42,417 bases of DNA from an uncultured Candidatus Saccharibacteria bacterium (GTDB taxonomy: Bacteria; Patescibacteriota; WWE3; UBA101185; UBA10185). The stretch lies in assembly GCA_964427965.1 (NCBI GenBank), contig CAYRWK010000001.1:1-42417 (forward strand), written 5' to 3'. A program made the translations under genes and the position numbers. Below are positions 41,587-42,417 of this stretch, one piece after another; position 1 is the stretch's first letter, and every line of letters starts with the position of its first letter. The notes under the pieces were generated by a model. It was given only the letters and a program-made list of their open reading frames with translations. It did no database searches and had not been told where the DNA came from.

Positions 41587-42417
41587 GCTCTAACAATCTT
41601 CTCTGCTTCTACATGTAGGATTTTCTCATCTTTATCCAGATTTTCACTAAAGTATTTTTTTAGATCCGCTTCTATACTAATCTGATTTTGTGCGGTAGGA
41701 ACTAAAATATCGTAACCATCAATAATACCCTTATCGTTGACCTTAGCGTAATGATATAAAATACCTCTTGGAGCCTCAACTACCCCAATGCCGATGCCAG
41801 CTTGAGTGGGTTTACGCACAGGCTTTTCCTGCTCAATTTTTATGTTTGATAGGATCTCAATTGCCTCATCTACGCACTGTAAAATTTCAATAGCTTGTGC
41901 CAAGTTATTATGGTGAACATTTTTTGATGGGAAAAGTTTTAGATACTCTTTGCAATCTTCTAAAGTGCGCTTATTTAAAAGGTCTTTGTTGTAGTTTAGT
42001 CTGGCAAGCGCACCTACTAAGTAATTTGAGTGAGTATCGGAAGTTTTATAGCCTTCCGATTGAGAGTAGGGTATGGCTACTGTTTCTAAAAAGTTATGAA
42101 ACTCGCTTGCCTTAATATGTTTTCCGGTTGAGTTAACAATATCTCCCTCATAAAAATCATATGACTTATCATTTCTAAGATATAAATAATCTGATTCTCG
42201 ATTTAATGTTTGGTTCCATTCTGCAAAGGTTTTTATTCCTCGTAGTACATGCGGACGGATGTTTTCAAGCCTTGTAATAAGATCGGGAAATTTTGAAGAG
42301 TCCGGTTGCTTTAATAACCCGCCGATAGTTGGGAATGGCGCGTGGATAGCCGCTCCTATTGTGGTATCCGATAAATCGGAACCAAGCTTTTTTATGTCAA
42401 ACGAATCGTGCAGTAGA
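41526..42417 (-). CDS. [NiFe] hydrogenase large subunit, C-terminal ~296 aa (gene continues beyond window end)
   Basis: EAPRGILYHY and the C-terminal nickel-binding motif DPCMSCA. My own translation shows the frame has no stop from 41903 up to nt 42416 (...HAPFPTIGGLLKQPD...YEGDIV...), so the TTG start in the track is an artefact. Confidence 0.75.
   Translation of the reverse strand, partial: LLHDSFDIKKLGSDLSDTTIGAAIHAPFPTIGGLLKQPDSSKFPDLITRLENIRPHVLRGIKTFAEWNQTLNRESDYLYLRNDKSYDFYEGDIVNSTGKHIKASEFHNFLETVAIPYSQSEGYKTSDTHSNYLVGALARLNYNKDLLNKRTLEDCKEYLKLFPSKNVHHNNLAQAIEILQCVDEAIEILSNIKIEQEKPVRKPTQAGIGIGVVEAPRGILYHYAKVNDKGIIDGYDILVPTAQNQISIEADLKKYFSENLDKDEKILHVEAEKIVRAYDPCMSCATNFLKIEWIRS

Noticed and set aside
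41897-42115. 72-aa plus-strand ORF, and the tracked TTG start (41903) for the hydrogenase fragment.
   Set aside because: My translation of the minus strand shows one uninterrupted frame from 42416 down to 41526 with hydrogenase large-subunit character. The plus-strand ORF is therefore an antisense shadow and the TTG is internal.
1-42417. Scan for CRISPR arrays, rRNA genes, IS/transposase genes, long tandem repeats and signs of an alternative genetic code.
   Set aside because: I saw no regularly spaced direct repeats, no rRNA-like segments and no DDE/IS-type ORFs. Long ORFs close with standard stops, including TGA (for example the copZ-like and HEPN-like genes), so code 11 is adequate.

Overview
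This is an AT-rich, gene-dense bacterial window in the standard genetic code (long ORFs need no stop-codon reassignment). The gene content (ADP-forming acetyl-CoA synthetase, 2-oxoacid:ferredoxin oxidoreductase, cytoplasmic-type [NiFe] hydrogenase, many small unknown proteins) fits an uncultivated fermentative lineage such as Patescibacteria/CPR. That taxonomic call is inference only.

The window has four blocks.

(1) About 0.7-16.5 kb: a large copper and thiol-redox island.
- A CopA-type P1B-1 ATPase carries an unusual C-terminal extracytoplasmic extension, and sits next to a CopZ-like chaperone.
- There is an HMA/DsbD_2-like/double cupredoxin-like fusion protein and a DsbA-like oxidoreductase.
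- A tightly coupled operon encodes a CxxC membrane protein, a DUF411-like/CcdA-like fusion, two DUF1573 paralogs and a Cys/His-motif secreted protein.
- Regulators are an OmpR-type two-component system and an ArsR-family repressor with a perfect palindrome upstream.
- The block also holds an untracked DUF2933-like mini-ORF, a CopB-like ATPase with CPD instead of CPH, and a Met-rich SHOCT protein.

(2) About 16.5-26.0 kb: an integrated phage/plasmid-like element that ends with a large serine recombinase, whose stop overlaps the 3' end of a tRNA-Pro gene.
- Identifiable genes are a primase/P-loop replication protein and a SpoVG-like protein.
- It has a GGTTACG repeat array and an interleaved inverted-repeat structure upstream of the recombinase.
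- At its far edge is a two-gene HEPN-like plus HNH cassette, which I consider the best candidate for an undescribed defence or abortive-infection module.

(3) About 26.1-34.6 kb: a triple TRASH/FCS-like zinc-finger protein with a nuclease-like tail, an NpmA/KamB-like 16S rRNA m1A1408 methyltransferase homolog, two GT-C glycosyltransferases, one GT2 glycosyltransferase, and a protein-kinase-like-fold protein.

(4) About 34.6-42.4 kb: energy metabolism.
- An ADP-forming acetyl-CoA synthetase is fused to a C-terminal FNR-like FAD/NAD(P) module, which is unusual.
- The rest is OFOR alpha and beta subunits, a ferredoxin, a hydrogenase maturation protease, and the 3' part of a [NiFe] hydrogenase large subunit that runs off the window.

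At least six genes have a -10-like hexamer 6-7 nt upstream of the ATG and no Shine-Dalgarno sequence, which suggests frequent leaderless transcripts. I saw no CRISPR array, rRNA or transposase. All family assignments come from motif recognition by eye and need HMM or structure searches to confirm.
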